Of a DNA stretch of 64,000 nt, positions 1 to 13,010 are shown one piece after another. Source of the stretch: Squalus acanthias (taxonomy: Eukaryota). Position 1 is the first letter of the stretch. Every line of letters begins with the position of its first letter. A program made the translations under genes and the position numbers. The notes below the pieces were generated by a model. The model ran no database searches and was not told the origin of the DNA. It was given only the letters and a program-made list of their open reading frames with translations. The stretch covers positions 68,946,001-69,010,000 of the forward strand of contig CM059432.1 of assembly GCA_030390025.1 (NCBI GenBank), given 5' to 3'.

Positions 1-562
1 TTTTCACATCTATTGCAGCAAGCTGCCACTTCAATAAAATCAAAAAAAAACAGTCCAAAAGCTTAAATACAAACCTATCTGAACGATGTGTATGTCCCTT
101 TAAGAGGAGCTGACATCGCCACTATCAGCCTGCTTGCAGGACCCAGCGCTGAATTCAATGCTAGGGTTGAAGTTTGCGTTTGTGACATTAATTCGGCGTT
201 GCACGCTGATTGACGTCACAACACCACCATTTTGTTCGAGATGGCGCTGCCAGTTACCGGCAGTGCAAAGGTGGGGACGAAAATGGCGGCCACCGTGGGA
301 ACCGCCGGCAGCTATCATTTTAGCGCCATTAAATGGCGCTACAGAGTGGCACTAAGGCCACAAATTTCGCACCCTCACTGCTAAAACCACTGCTCATTGA
401 CTTACTGCTCAACAGGTGGGCCAATATCAGGTCCAGTCTAATTCCCAGTCATGTTTGGCACAGGCTTTATTCAGTACATAGAGGGGAGGTGCATTTATGC
501 TACAGCATCTCATAGTCAATCCAGTTCCAACTTCACCTGGAAGCAGACAGCAGTGAATGCAG

Positions 563-1600
563 ATGGCAGAGCCTCAGCACAGGGAGAGAGCCCACAGATT
601 CTCAGATGCGGCTCTTGAGGCACTGCTGGTGGCCGTGGAGAGGAGGTGGGCTGTCCTCTTCCCGCAGACTGGCAGGAGATAGCCACCTATGTGACGGCCA
701 GCACATACATCTCGAAGGCTCTGGCAGGAGATAGCCACCTATGTGACGGCCAGCACTGTGGTCCCAGGTCGGCAATCCAGTGCCAAAAGAAGTTTAATGA
801 CCTCACACAGCAGGTCAAGGTGAGTGAAGGCTTCAGCAAATGCCATATCCCACCATCTGCACCACAAGCCGCACACACTGCTCAATGCACCGCACCCCCA
901 TCACTCACCTACCAACAATCTCTACCTATCACCACTCAGACCTCAATCAGAGCTTCACTTAACACTCACAACCTTACCACTGCTGCAACACTCACACCCA
1001 CATCTCACACCTTGCCCACACTGATAGCTATTCAACTCTGGCAGTCACATCACCCAAACACATTGCACCGCACTCACTCACACTCATTCCACAATCTTTT
1101 CTCACTTTCAAGCTGCTGATGCTGTATGCATGCATATCTTGCTTTCTCTCTCCTTGCCTCACCATAACTTGACTCTTGTGCCTTTCTGCTTTCAGCTAAT
1201 CAAGAATAAGCACCAGACCAGCCTGTCCCCAAGGTGCTGCAGGAGAGTGAGGGGGCAGAAGAGGAAGAAGAAGACACAGCGTCACTGCATCTCTCACTCG
1301 CAGACACCAGCTCAGAAACTGGCACTGCACATACTTTAGAGGCTAGTGTAGAAGCTTAATCTGCACATGGCGAGGCACCGGGCATGAGTGGGCTGCAGCA
1401 AGGCCAGGGGGAAAGGGTAGCTCGGGGGCCAGAGGGCGAGTTCGCGCGTGAGTTCTGCTGCACAGGACTCAGATGAGGACCTCAATGGGGCGCCCTTCAG
1501 ACGGATTGCTAGGTGCAATGGCAAGCCTGCCAGAGACCCTCTTGGCAATGTCAAGCAGCATGGAGGAGTCCGCCTCCAACATTGCACTGGGCTCTGTGCA
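563..1600 (+). pseudogene. Decayed Harbinger Myb/SANT-like DNA-binding gene fragment (no termini found)
   Basis: ATG at 563 reads MAEPQHRERAHRFSDAALEALLVAVERRWAVLFPQTGRR, then WQEIATYVTAS..RSAIQCQKKFNDLTQQVK|gtgagt (donor at 821). Homologous to the Myb exon 1 at 6014-6256(-). Confidence 0.75.
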
Positions 1601-2724
1601 GAGGTTGGAGCGCAGGATTTCCAGGCTGGAACTGAGGAGAGCTTTGGGTTGACAATCTTCCCACCAGTTTATACGAACTGGAATCTGAACCTATCCAAAT
1701 CAGCATCAGTACCAGAGCCACTGCTGAAATTTGTCTTGTTTACGCTGGCATTGATTGAGAACCAATACTTCAGGTTATTAATAGTAGTAAGTGAAGGTGA
1801 GATATCAGGGCAAATCCAATCATATTTTGCCATGACTGCCTGATACGTACGTTGTCTGACACATACACTGACTTGTGATACCAACTAGAAATACTGGGAT
1901 CTCAATCAGACAGGTTACACCAGACTGATTTAAATTGATTTATTTTTCAAACAGTTTTAAACTAGTGTCTCAAAGTGGGATTTTTAATTTCAGTCCAAGC
2001 GCATGGAATTAGAGGTAACCTTGCGACATGGGTTGATAATTATTTGAGAAGTAGGAGACAGAGAGTAAAGGGGAAAAATTCAGTTGGTTAGCGCCTCCCG
2101 TTAGCGCCTCCGGGGGATGCTAACAGGGCGCTAACGACTTGCCACCTGTGTGTGTCGATTTTAGCGCCGCTCGTGAAATTCAACTGGTGGTTTGCGGTGG
2201 CGCTAAACACTACCGCCACGATCTCCTGCGCCCGGAGATCGTGATGTCATCCAAGCGTGCATCGCCCCGGTAGCGCCCCGGACCGGAAAGTGATTCTCGC
2301 CCCCTGCCTCAGCGCCTGGCACTAGGAATGACAGGTAGAGGGGGACGGTTTGCAGTCGGCTGGGAGCTGGGGGAGCGCTATTTAAAGGCGTGCGCTTCCT
2401 GTTTTTTCCTGTTGGCAGTCAATTCTGCCTACGCAGGTTGAGAGAGTGAGAGAGGCGTTTGGAGAGATTTAACGGTTTCCTACTTGAAGGAGTTTTGGTC
2501 GTCAGCCTCAGCTCAAGACCAGGATGTCTCTGTCGGTGGCAGTGAAGGTGATGGTGGCCCTCTATTTCTACGCCAGCGGCTCCTTCCAGGCTTCAACAGG
2601 GGATATTGTGAACATCTCCCAGTTCGCTGTCCATTGCTGCATCCTGGAATTCACAAATGCTGTCTACAGAAGAAGGAAGTACATCTCATTCCCCATGACC
2701 CGAGACAAACAGCATGAACGCGTA

Positions 2725-2886
2725 ATATGATTTTTCATTTCCTGCTTTTTTCCAGTTCTGGCGAAAGGTCTTCGACCTGAAACGTTAACTCTGTTTCTCT
2801 CTCCACGGATGCTGCCTGGCCTGCTGAGTTTTTCCAGCGTTTTCTGTTGTTATTTCGGATTTCCAGCATCCGCAGTATTTTGCTAT
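2725..2886 (+). mobile_element. Penelope-like retroelement 3'/pLTR fragment with minimal hammerhead motif, inserted in the transposase
   Basis: Exact 14-bp TSD AGCATGAACGCGTA (2711-2724, 2887-2900). The body matches copies at ~40290-40390 and ~61837-61916. Penelope assignment is inferred from the HHR motif. Confidence 0.7.
2754..2790 (+). ncRNA. Minimal type-I hammerhead ribozyme motif (core variant CUGGCGA)
   Basis: AGTT-CTGGCGA-A-AGGTC ttc GACCT-GAAA-CG-TT-AACT. Stem I is AGUU/AACU and stem II is AGGUC/GACCU. One core substitution. Confidence 0.55.
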
Positions 2887-3716
2887 AGCATGAACGCGTA
2901 TGTGGCTTTGCTTAAATAGCGGGCTTCACCATGGTTCAGGGCGCCATTGACTGCATGCACGTGGCATTGCGGGCACCTCATCAAAATGCAGAGGTTTTCC
3001 GCAACCGCAAAGGCTACCACTCTCTGAACGTGCAGTTGGTGTGCGACCACAGACAGCTCATCCTCGCCGTCAATGCCCGTTATCCTGGCAGCAGCCATGA
3101 TTCATTCATCCTGCGCCAGACTGGTGTCCCAGCGCTGTTCCAACCACCGCATCAAGCTCATGGCTGGCTCCTCGGGGACAAGGGTTATCCACTCTGCACC
3201 TGGCTAATGACACCGCTCCGTAACCCCAACACTCGCCTACAATGAGAGCCATAGCGCCACTAGAAACCTCATTGAACAGACGATCAGTGTGCTGAAGCAA
3301 CGGTTCTGGTGTCTTGACCACTCTGGAGGAGCCCTGCTGTACTCCCCTGATCGAGTATTGGTTTTCATAGTTGTGTGCTGCATGCTGCACAACCTCGCCA
3401 TGCTGAGGGCCCAGCCATTGCCACCAGGGATTGGTGGACCACCTCAGGAGGAGGAAGAGGGAGAGGAGGAGGAGGAGGTGGAGGAGGAGGATAAAAAGGA
3501 GGAGGAGCAGCAACAATGTGGGAGGGAGGCGCTCAATGTTGCTTCTGCAAGGGCCGTCCGTGAATGCCTCATAACACCGCACTTCCAATGAATGAGAGAG
3601 AAGATGGCATTTGGGCTCAACAACCACATCATTACAGCCATCCCGAAGCCCCGACTACCGGCCAAAGTTCCAATGAGAAACATGAGCAAATTTGTAATGT
3701 TTAAATAAAAAATGTT

Positions 3717-4426
3717 GGCCCGTAATTTCCGATAGGAGGCTTCCTGCGTACGGATGCCTCCTATCGGAAAAAAATCTATGCACTTACCTGAGGGCTCCCG
3801 AGGTCCGGACACTTCCACTCCTGGGCCTCACCACAGTCGAAATGCGCAGGGCCCACATAACCCAGGGGCGCATGCAGTTCGCAAGCGTCCCTGGGATCAC
3901 GTGGGCCAGGCCAGCCAATGAAAGAAGGGAATCCCCCTTCATACTTTTGACAGATAGACCTGTCAAAAGTATGAATGGGAATCATTGAAAAAAGACACTA
4001 AAACATTAAATAAATCAAGTTTTTAAAATGAGTTAAAATTATATTAAATTAAATATATTAAACAAAAATTTAATTAAAAAAAAACTTACCTTTTTTAAAA
4101 GTATTTTAAAATTATAAATGAATGAATTAAAAAAAAAAACTTTTTTAAAACTCTTATGCTGGTAAAAGCAGGTCTTACGCCTGCTTTTGCCAGGTGTAAG
4201 ATTTCTAAGGGTTTTCAGCGGGTAGCGGTTCTGCAGAAAGCGGAACTCTCTGCCCACAGAGGCCCTTCTCCAGGGCAGGCGTGCGATCTGTCAAGAGGAT
4301 TCTTGACAGATCGGAAATGCCAGTTTTCAGCGCATGCGCTTCGCATGCCTGAAACCAGCATTTCCGATGTCCCTACGGGTGTGTACACAGCGCATACACA
4401 CCCGTAAGCATCGGAAAATACGGGCC
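3717..4426. mobile_element. Harbinger-type MITE, family A
   Basis: 17-bp TIR GGCCCGTAATTTCCGAT / ATCGGAAAATACGGGCC (1 mismatch), TSD GTT. GC-rich ends and AT-rich core. Similar to 20324-21065 and 27510-28260. Confidence 0.85.
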
Positions 4427-4639
4427 GTTATTATTCTGAACAACTATGTCTTATTAAGCACAACCAATAACAAACAAACACAACAATTTATTAACAAACA
4501 CAACAGGTTCTTAGCACATCGAAATAATTCTTAACAAAGTGAACAATATATTTACAAACACATCCAACTTTGGTACAAACACTCCCCCCATTTGGTATAA
4601 AAATTTTAGTTACTGGGCCTTCTTCAATGATCTCCCTCC

Positions 4640-6256
4640 CCTTCGCACTTCCCCCCTCCCAACCCTACTGCTCCTCCGTAATGTGGCCCCAGTGGCTGCA
4701 GCAAGGCTGGTGGAAGGCTGCTGAATCTCAGAGCCAGAGACTGCAGATGGCTTTGTAGGATGCCCTGCGGCACCGTGAGATCCCTGGTGGACAGTGGTCG
4801 ACCCAGCTACGATGGCAGCAGCCAGCGCTTGTGCGGATCAATCTGAGACTGCATCAGAGCAGTCTGAGATTGGATGGCACCAACCAATGACTCGATTCCA
4901 GCACTAAGCCATAGCGTTGCCTCGGCCTGTTCTGCAATAGATGCTGCCGCCTCACCCATTACACGCGGCATGGAGTCTGGGTTCTCATGCTCTCCCTGCA
5001 AGTCAACCATCCTCTGCAAAGAGGCAAGGAAGGGCTCGAGGGTTTGCGCACAGATGTCAGCTGTGCTGGCGGCGGACTCCTCCACAATCCTAGCCAGCGC
5101 ATCCATGCTCTCGGGCACCCTTGCCATTGCAACCATGAGCTCAGTATGCATGCTCATCGCCTGTGTGTCCATCGCCACGATATCGAGGTCCTGTGCAGCA
5201 GAACTCGTGCGCGCACTCACCCTCCGGGGAGTTGAACCCTGAACTTCCGTTTCCCCATGGCGTTGCTGCAGCCCGCTGGGTCCCGGAGCTTCACCCATAT
5301 CAGAGCCAAATCCTCTGCTCCCCTCTAATGACCGCGTGGCCCCAGTATCCGATGTGTCGCCCTCAGGATACGCAGGCAGTGAGGCTCCAGCTTGGTGTTC
5401 CTGATCCTCTCCCGTGTCTCTGTCACTGGGAGGCTGAGTTTCAAGCTGTTCAGAAGGTGGCTCACTATCTGAAAGCAGGAAGGCACAAGAGTGGGTTTAA
5501 CGTACATGTAGGGGGGCAGGAAGGGAGCAAAGAATGGAGACAGTATACTTTGATGGAAAGTGGGAAGGGCTCGTGTTGTGAGGAGGAAGTGGTATGAGAG
5601 AGGAGGAAGAAATGATGAACATATCATTACTGTCCCCAAGGGAGTCGACCTCTCCGACTGCCACAGCGCCCATGACATGGCTCGTGATGATTCTGTGCAC
5701 TCATTCCTCCAGCTGTGTGAGGGGGTGCAGCTCTGCCTGACCTCCCGAGCGTTGCTGCTCCCTCCTGTTATGAGCAAGCTTGGCCTGCAAGCAAAAGGAC
5801 AGTGTGTGAGTGAGTGTGCAGCCATGTGTTTGGCAGATGCGCCTACCATAGTTGAATAGCCATTAATGTCTGCAAGGTATGAGATGTGGATGTGACTTTT
5901 AGTAGATGGGCATAGTTGTTGGGTGAGTGTTGCGCATTTGGCAGTTTATACCGTCTGTGCACAGAGTGAGGTTGAGATGGTGGGATGTAGAACGTATTTC
6001 AAGCATCTACTCATCCTGCCCACCCGAGTGAGGTCATTGAACTTCTTGTGGCACTGGGTGTGAGTCCTTTGGAAGACGCTTCTGGCCGAGACGTATTGGG
6101 CCACCTCCCTCCACACCCTTGTGAACTCCCGGGGCATTGGCCTCCTGCCAGTGTCTGGGAACAGCACTGCCCGTCGGCGTTCCACAGCCACAACCAGGCC
6201 TCCAATGCCTGGTCACTAAACCGGCGAGCTCTCTCCCTGGGCCTCTGAGCAGCCAT
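4640..6256 (-). pseudogene. Harbinger Myb/SANT-like gene with introns, decayed
   Basis: MAAQRPRERARRFSDQALEA..VAVERRRAVLFPDTGRR..WREVAQYVSARSVFQRTHTQCHKKFNDLTRVGR. Exon 2 begins cag|AKLAHNRREQQRSGG near 5785. Coiled-coil-like ORF at 4807-5298. Confidence 0.8.
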
Positions 6257-7769
6257 GATATTGCTGGTTGAAGAATTGCACCTCCTTGCAGGCCCAGGTC
6301 AAAAGCAGCAATGATCAGGGTGAGGCTGTGCAGCATGATGGACCCTCCCCTTTAAAAACTGGAAGGCGCCAGTCTGTCTGAGTACAAGGTAATTGACATT
6401 GCCTGAGTTTGAGTAGCGCTCTGAGGTAGCGCCCCGTTCTCCAACGTTAGCGCCCTAAGAGAAGTGTGTAGCGCTTGATTTAGCGCTCCAATCACCTCCA
6501 GGGGCGCTGGAGACGAATTTCGCGGTCGCCGGCACTAATTTGCGCCAGGTGCTTAAGTTTGCGGCCGGCCGATGTTAGCGCCCCAAAATGGTCGATACCG
6601 AATTTTTCCCCCCAAGGATAAATGAAATGCTCTCTGATTGGCAGGTTGTTACAAGTAGTGTTCTCCAGGGATCTGTACAGGAGCCTCAGCTTTTCACCAT
6701 ATATGACTTGGATAAAGGAATAGAGTTGTATATCCAAGATTGCAGTTGCTGCTAAGTTAGGAAGCAAAGTTAGTTGTGTAGATGGAAGCATGAAGTTAAG
6801 TGGGAAAAATTGTGGCAGATGGAGTTCAGTGTGGGGAAGTGTGAGGTCATGCACTTTGGATCCAAGAAAATAAACATCAACATATTTTCATAATGCAAGA
6901 GACTTGGAACTGTGAAGGAGCAAAAGGGTTTAGGTGTCCAAGTGCACAAATCACTAAAAGCTACTGCACAGGTACAAAAAGTTAAAAAAAAGTCTGATGA
7001 AATATTGGCCTTTATCTCAAAGGGGTTGGAATTCAAAAGTGAGGAATTGATGCTTCAGTTGTACAGAGCTTTGGTCAGATCTCATCTGGGGAACTGCAGA
7101 GTACTATTGGAGTAGGGTAGATATAGAGAAAGTATTTCCTCAGGTGAGGGAATCCAGAACCAAGGGGCGTAATCTTAAAATTAGAGCTGGGCTATTCAGG
7201 AGTAAAATTAGGAAGCACTTTTTCACACAGAGTATTGGGAATCTGGAACTTGCTCCTCCAAAAGGTTGCGGATGCGTTGTCATTTGAAATTTTCAAGATT
7301 GTGATCGACAGATTTTTGTTAGGCAAGGGATATGGATTAATAGCAGGTACATGGATTTGACAGTGAAGCCTGCAAACCCATTCAGTGGTCAAGTGACTTT
7401 AGAGTTAGAACAGCGATTGAGGTGAGTCTCAGGTAACTTGGAGTTCAGGCACGGGCTGAGTTTGAATTGTTTAATATCCCAAAGGAACAGTGCAGTTAAC
7501 TTTTGGAATGTGAAAGGGACTTTTACATTTCTGCTGAGCCTTTAAATGACGAGGCAGTTAAGAGTCAACGATGTTGGTGTGGGGCATATACATGTGGTGT
7601 GGGTGTAGGGGTCACATATGGGTCAGACCGAGTAAGGGTCTAGGTCATCAGTGAAGCAATTGGGTTTTTACAGCAATTCGACAGCTCTGTGATCACTTTT
7701 ACTGATTTGGCTCCTTTAGTTTCTTGGTTATTATTATTCTTATAGTCCTCATAGGCTCTCTTCTTCAAT

Positions 7770-9450
7770 TTCATTAGTTTTTCATGGCATCCTAAAACTA
7801 CTAGCAGTTTCCTTATTTTTTAATAGAATATACTCATTCTGTACTTTTTACAATCTCTTTTTTTAAAACTATCCCACTGTTGCTCTACAGTCCTGTGTGT
7901 CAGATTCTCCTTCCATCTCACCTCAGCTTGCTAACTCCTCGTCTTTCTAAAATCTGCCGTAATCCAACCTGGTGTTCTTTTTGTACTGACTATCTCTTCT
8001 CCTAGTTAGATTGCAAACCTTATCATATTGTGGTCACTACTCCCAAGGTGCTCATCTATATTGAGTTCATCTACCTGATCTATTTCATTACTCATAACCA
8101 ATCCAGCAATGCCTCCACCTTTTTGGTCTACGAACATACTGCTTGAGGAAGGACTCCTGTATACATTTCAGGAATTCCATTCCCTTTTCTCCATTAACTC
8201 TCTCTCTCTGTCCCAATTGATAAGTGAATAATTAAAATCTCCCAGAACAATAATTTTGTTATTCCTGTTTGTCTTCTAATCTGACTGCAGATTTCCTCTT
8301 CCATTTCCTTCCCATAATTTGGAAGTTTGTAATGCAGCTATGCTATTGTAACAAACCTTTTTTGTTATCTTTGAGCTCCAACAATATTGTCTCTGTACCC
8401 CTTCCTTGTTTACATCAACCCTCTCTACAACATGTATTCTCTCTTTAACCAATATTGCCACTCTGTCTCCTCTCTCTTCCCTTCTATCCCTCCTAAATAT
8501 ATTATATCCCAATATGCTTATTTTCCATTCTTGTACAGTTTCAACCAGGTTTCTGATCATGCTATTAAATCTAGATCTTGCTGTAAAATAATTTCTTCCA
8601 GTTCCCCCACTTTATTTCCCACACGGCACATTGCAATACATGCATTTTAACTCTGCTTTGCTTCTTTTTAAAACTACTCCCCATGATTTTTTGTTTAAGC
8701 TATATTTGCTTCAGTCTTTTCCCCATTTATAAATGGTCCATTTGATTTTATTCCTCTACTCCATATTCCTCTTGCTAAATTGCTTTCTCTATTAGCTGAT
8801 CCTGGTTGGTTTTATTTTCCCAGCCCTCCCCCTCCTCTACTCCCTTTCTAGTTTAAATACCTTATTGCTTTCCTATTTATCCATTTGCCAATACATTAGT
8901 ACCCTTGATGCGTTCATGCTTTTCAGACTGGGAGGCCGCTTTTGGGTGTTCGGTCGTCTTCTTGATGACATTACCTGGCAAGTTCTCGGTGAACTAGCAC
9001 ACACAGGGAGACCACGTGTAGGTTGTCATCAGCTCATTTCTCATTTCTCCACTCGGCATCTCAGGAGGCCATCGAATGGCTAGCCAAACTAGACATCCCA
9101 TTATAAGCTTTTGCCATCAGACGAAACAGCAACATTAGCACCCTGCTTGTTCAGATGCAGTCCATCCTTGCTGAATAGCCGCCATCTGTCCCAGAACTGG
9201 TGCCAATGCCCAAAAAAGTGGAATCCCCTGTTCTTGAGACCACACCTTTAGCCATACATTGCCTTAATCTTCTTGCCCTTCTCTATTCTAGCATATGGCT
9301 TGGGAAGTAATCCTGAGATTACCACCTATGAAGTCCTGCTTGTAAACTTGTTTCCTTACCTCCTAATCTCATTTTGCAGGACCTCAGGCCTTTCTTTACC
9401 GATATCATTGGCTCCCACATGGACTATAATGATTGTTCTCCCCTCCTTTG
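7770..9450 (-). mobile_element. Old CR1 5' portion (ORF1 esterase and ORF2 endonuclease remnants)
   Basis: ORF 8276-8560 reads EWKISILGYNIFRRDRREERGDRVAILVKE (CR1 APE endonuclease). 9150-9430 resembles the reverse complement of the CR1 esterase region at 43480-43760. Confidence 0.7.
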
Positions 9451-9729
9451 CACAATCCAACTTCAGATTACATTAAGTACAGCTGATCAACCTGATTATT
9501 TTTTACACAATGTATCCTCAGTCAGTTAAGATGAAGATTTCACGTAGAGGAAGCATTATTTTTCTCCTGACCCATGGAATGTATGGAGCGCTTCATACTC
9601 TCTTCAAGTCTAACTCATTCTTTCCCACAACCTCATAACTGGGACAGATGAGAATGGAACCACAGTTCTGTGGAAGTGGTTCACAGAGGGAGGAGATGTG
9701 ATTTCAGCTTCATATCAATCCAAACTTTG

Positions 9730-12700
9730 CAACAACAACAACTTGTATTTATATAGCACCTTTAACATAGAAAAACCTCCCAAGGCACTGCACAGGAGTA
9801 TTTTGAGACAAAAAATTTGACACCGATCCACATAAGGATAAATTAGGGCAGGTGACCAAAAGCTTGGTCAAAGAGGTAGGTTTTAAGGAGCATCTTAAAG
9901 GAGGAAAGAGAGGTAGCGAGGCGGAGAGGTTTAGGCAGGGAATTCCAGAGCTTAGGGCCTAGGCAACAGAAGGCACGGCCACCAAAGGTTGAGCGATTAT
10001 AATCAGGGATCCTCAAGAGGGCAGAATTAGAGGAGCGCAGATATCTCGGGGGGCTGTGGGGCTGAAGGAGATTACAGAGATAGGGAGGGGCGAGGCCATG
10101 GAGGGATTTGAAAACAAGAATGAGAATTTTGAAATGGAGGCGCTGCTTAACCGGGAGCCAATGTAGATCAGCGAGCACAGGGGTGATGGGTGAACGGGAC
10201 TTGGTGCGAGTTAGGACACGAGCAGCCAAGTTTTTGATGACTTCAAGTTTACGTAGGGTGGAATGTGGGAGGCCAGCCAGGAGTGCGTTGGAATAGTCAA
10301 GTCTAGAGGTAACAAAGGCATGGATGAGGGTTTCAGCAGCGGACGAGCTGAGGTAAGGGCGGAGATGGGCGATGTTACGGAGGTGGAAGTAGGCGGTCTT
10401 TGTTATGCTGCGGATATGTGGTCGAAAGCTCATTTCAGGGTCAAATATGACACCAAGGTTGCGAACAGTGTGGTTCAGCCTCAGACAGATGTTAGGGAGA
10501 GGGATGGAGTCAGTGGCTAGCGAACGGAGTTTGTGGCGGGGACTGAAAACAATGGGTTCGGTTTTCCCAATATTTAATTGGAGAAAAGTTTTGCTCATCC
10601 AGAATTATATGTCGGACAAGCAGCCTGAAAATTTAGACACCGTGGAGGTGTCGAGAGAAGAAGTAGTGAGGTAGAGCTGGGTGTCATCAGCGTACATGTG
10701 GAAAGTGACGCTGTGTTTTCGGATGATGTCAGCAAGGGGCAGCATGTAGATGAGAAATAGGAGGGGGCCAAGGATAGATCCTTGGGGGACACCAGAGGTA
10801 ACGATGCGGGAGCGGGAAGAGAAGCCATTGTAGGTGATTCTCTGGTTACGATTAGATAGATAAGAATGGAACCAGGCGAGTTCAGTCCCACCCAGCTGGA
10901 CGACGGTGGAGAGACGTTGGAGAAGGATGAAGTGGTCAACCATGTGAAAGGCTACAGACAAGTCAAGAAGGATGAGGAGGGATAGTTTACCTTTGTCACA
11001 GTCACAAAGGATGTCATTTGTGACTTTGATGAGAGCTGTTTCAGTACTGTGGTAAGGGCGGAAACCTGATTGGAGGGATTCAAACATGGAATCGCGGGAA
11101 ATATGGGCACGGATTTGGGAGGTGACAACACGTTCAAGGACATTGGAGAGGAAAGGGAGGTTGGAGATGGGGCGGTAGTTTGCAAGGACGGAGGGATCAA
11201 GGTTTGGTTTTTTGAAGAGAGGGGTGATGACAGCAGATTTGAGGGAGAGAGGGACAGTACCTGAGGAGAGAGAACCGTTAACAATATCAGCCAACATGGA
11301 AGCCAGAAAAGGAAGTTGGGTGGTCAGCAGTTTGGTGGGAATAGGGTCGAGGGAGCAGGAGGTGGGTCTCATAGACAAGATGAGCGCAGAGAGATCATGA
11401 GGGGAGATCGGAGAGAAACTGGAGAAAGATGTGACTTCAGGGCTAGGGCAGGGGGGAACCTTAGAGGAAGTTTGGCCCAGTGGGCTAGGGGAAGGAAGGG
11501 AAGTGGCAGAGGCAGCAGAACGGATGGTCTCAATCTTAGAGACAAAGAAGTCCATGAGCTCCTCACATTTGTTATCGGGTGTGAGGGTGGAGGAGACAGG
11601 GGAGAGGGGTTTAAGAAGATGGTTAGCAGTAGAGAATAGGAGCCGGGGTTTATCTTTGCATTCCAGAATGATTCTGGAATAGTGAGCAATTTTGTCAGAC
11701 GAGAGCAGGACCCGATAGTGCTTTATGTGGTCCAGCCAGATCTGGCGGTGAATGGCTAAACCAGTTGTCTGCCATATCCGTTCGAGTCTGCGTCCCTTGG
11801 ACTTAAGGGAGCGAAGATGAGAGCTGTACCAGGGGGAATGGCCAGGGTGAGAGAGGGTAATTGTTTTAGTAGGGACTCGGGCATCAAAGATAGTGGTGAG
11901 GGTGTGGTTGAGCAGATCGGTAGCTGCAGAAATGTCATGGTGAATGGAGGGCCAGAGGCTGGACAGTTGGGATTTCATAAGTGTAGTTGTAAGAGAGTTG
12001 GGAGAGAGTTTTTTTTCCAGGGGCGGACACAGAAGGAAGTAGGGTTGGGTGGGTGGGGTAGGGGGCGGGGGGAGGCGGTGGGTGGAAGGGGGATGTGGGT
12101 GGAGAGCGATACGAGGAAATGGTCAGAGGTGGCCTTATCTAGGATTGACACGATGGGAGTAGCGAGGCTACGAGAGATGGCAAGGTCGAGGGGGTGGTCG
12201 TGAATATAGATTGGGGAGTTTACATGGAGGCAGAGATTAAGGGAGGATAGGAGGCTAGTGAACTCCGAGGAGAGAGAGCATGATGAATTGAGATGGAGGT
12301 TGAAATCACTGAGGATGAGAAGTCGTTCGGTGCAGAGGCTGAGGGAGGAGAACAGTGAAGATATCTCAGTAATAAAATTTTTATGGTACTTGGGCGGGTG
12401 GTAGAGACCGAGAATTTTAAATGAGAGGTGAGAGGGGTGGAATAAGGTGAGATGCTCAAAGGAGGAGAAACTGCCGGAGGAATAGAGGAACAGACCAAGG
12501 TGTGATTTGGTGATGAGAGCCACACTGCCACCACGGCGGTCTGAGCGGGCCAAGTGATGGAAGGTATAGCCAGGTAGGGAGGCTTCATTTAAGGGTAAGG
12601 TGTCATCACCCCTCACCCAAGTTTCCGTCAGGGCCATGATACCGATGCAGTCATCCACGATAAGCTCATGGATGGCAAGGGCCTTGTTTGCAAGTGAACG

Positions 12701-13010
12701 GACATTCTGGAGGGAGATGCGGAGAGGGTCGGTGATGGCTGCCCCACTGCCAGTGTCCACAGGGTCAGCCTGGGGGGGGGATGAGTTGGATGGTGAGGAG
12801 TTTGGTAAGATTAGCCCCCAGTGGGTGCGCTGGGTGGGAAAGTTGGCGAGAGAGTAGGATGGGACAGTTGGGGTTGCTGCTCATAAGGCGGCAGCGACGA
12901 GTGCCTCGATGTGCCCTTCGTAGGATGCCAAGAGAGGCACAGAGGGAAGCTGTAGGCTTATCTAAGAGGGAGTGAAGCCTGGGACAGCGGCAGAAGAGTA
13001 GGAAAGTCAA
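9730..13010 (-). mobile_element. L2 LINE with near-complete ORF2 (EN+RT), frameshifted or stopped
   Basis: EN motifs LQNVRSLANK, ALTETW, SDFNLH, SDHFLV. RT motifs NYRPISNLPFLS, QSGFRPYHSTETAL, GVPQGSILGP, YADD. C-terminal LHWLPV. 3' tail (TTG)n at 9730-9742. Confidence 0.93.

Larger units (their letters stand above)
2510..3591 (+). pseudogene. Harbinger (HARBI1-like) DDE transposase, frameshifted and interrupted
   Basis: Motifs [75 protein letters not shown] and an acidic tail. Confidence 0.9.
2069..6612 (+). mobile_element. PIF/Harbinger DNA transposon with both termini, decayed
   Basis: TIRs AGGGGAAAAATTC / GAATTTTTCCCCC, TSD TAA (2066-68) / CAA (6613-15). Transposase on + and Myb/SANT gene on -, convergent. 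Subterminal TAGCGCC repeats. Confidence 0.9.
1990..7360 (+). mobile_element. Old CR1 LINE RT/3' fragment, split by the Harbinger at 2069-6612
   Basis: Removing 2069-6615 restores ..HGIRGNLATWVDNYLRSRRQRVRINEMLSDWQVVTS.., a CR1 RT segment. It continues with degenerate LGVQVHKSLK and LYRALVRSHL motifs. Confidence 0.8.

Noticed and set aside
2510..3591. Host HARBI1 / NAIF1 / MSANTD genes
   Set aside because: Multi-copy, frameshifted and enclosed by TIRs and TSDs. These are transposon copies, not domesticated genes.
9000..9131. Hammerhead motif in the 8906-9131 insert
   Set aside because: The CTGATG boxes and the CGAAAC box lie on opposite strands, and no stem II followed by GAAA forms.
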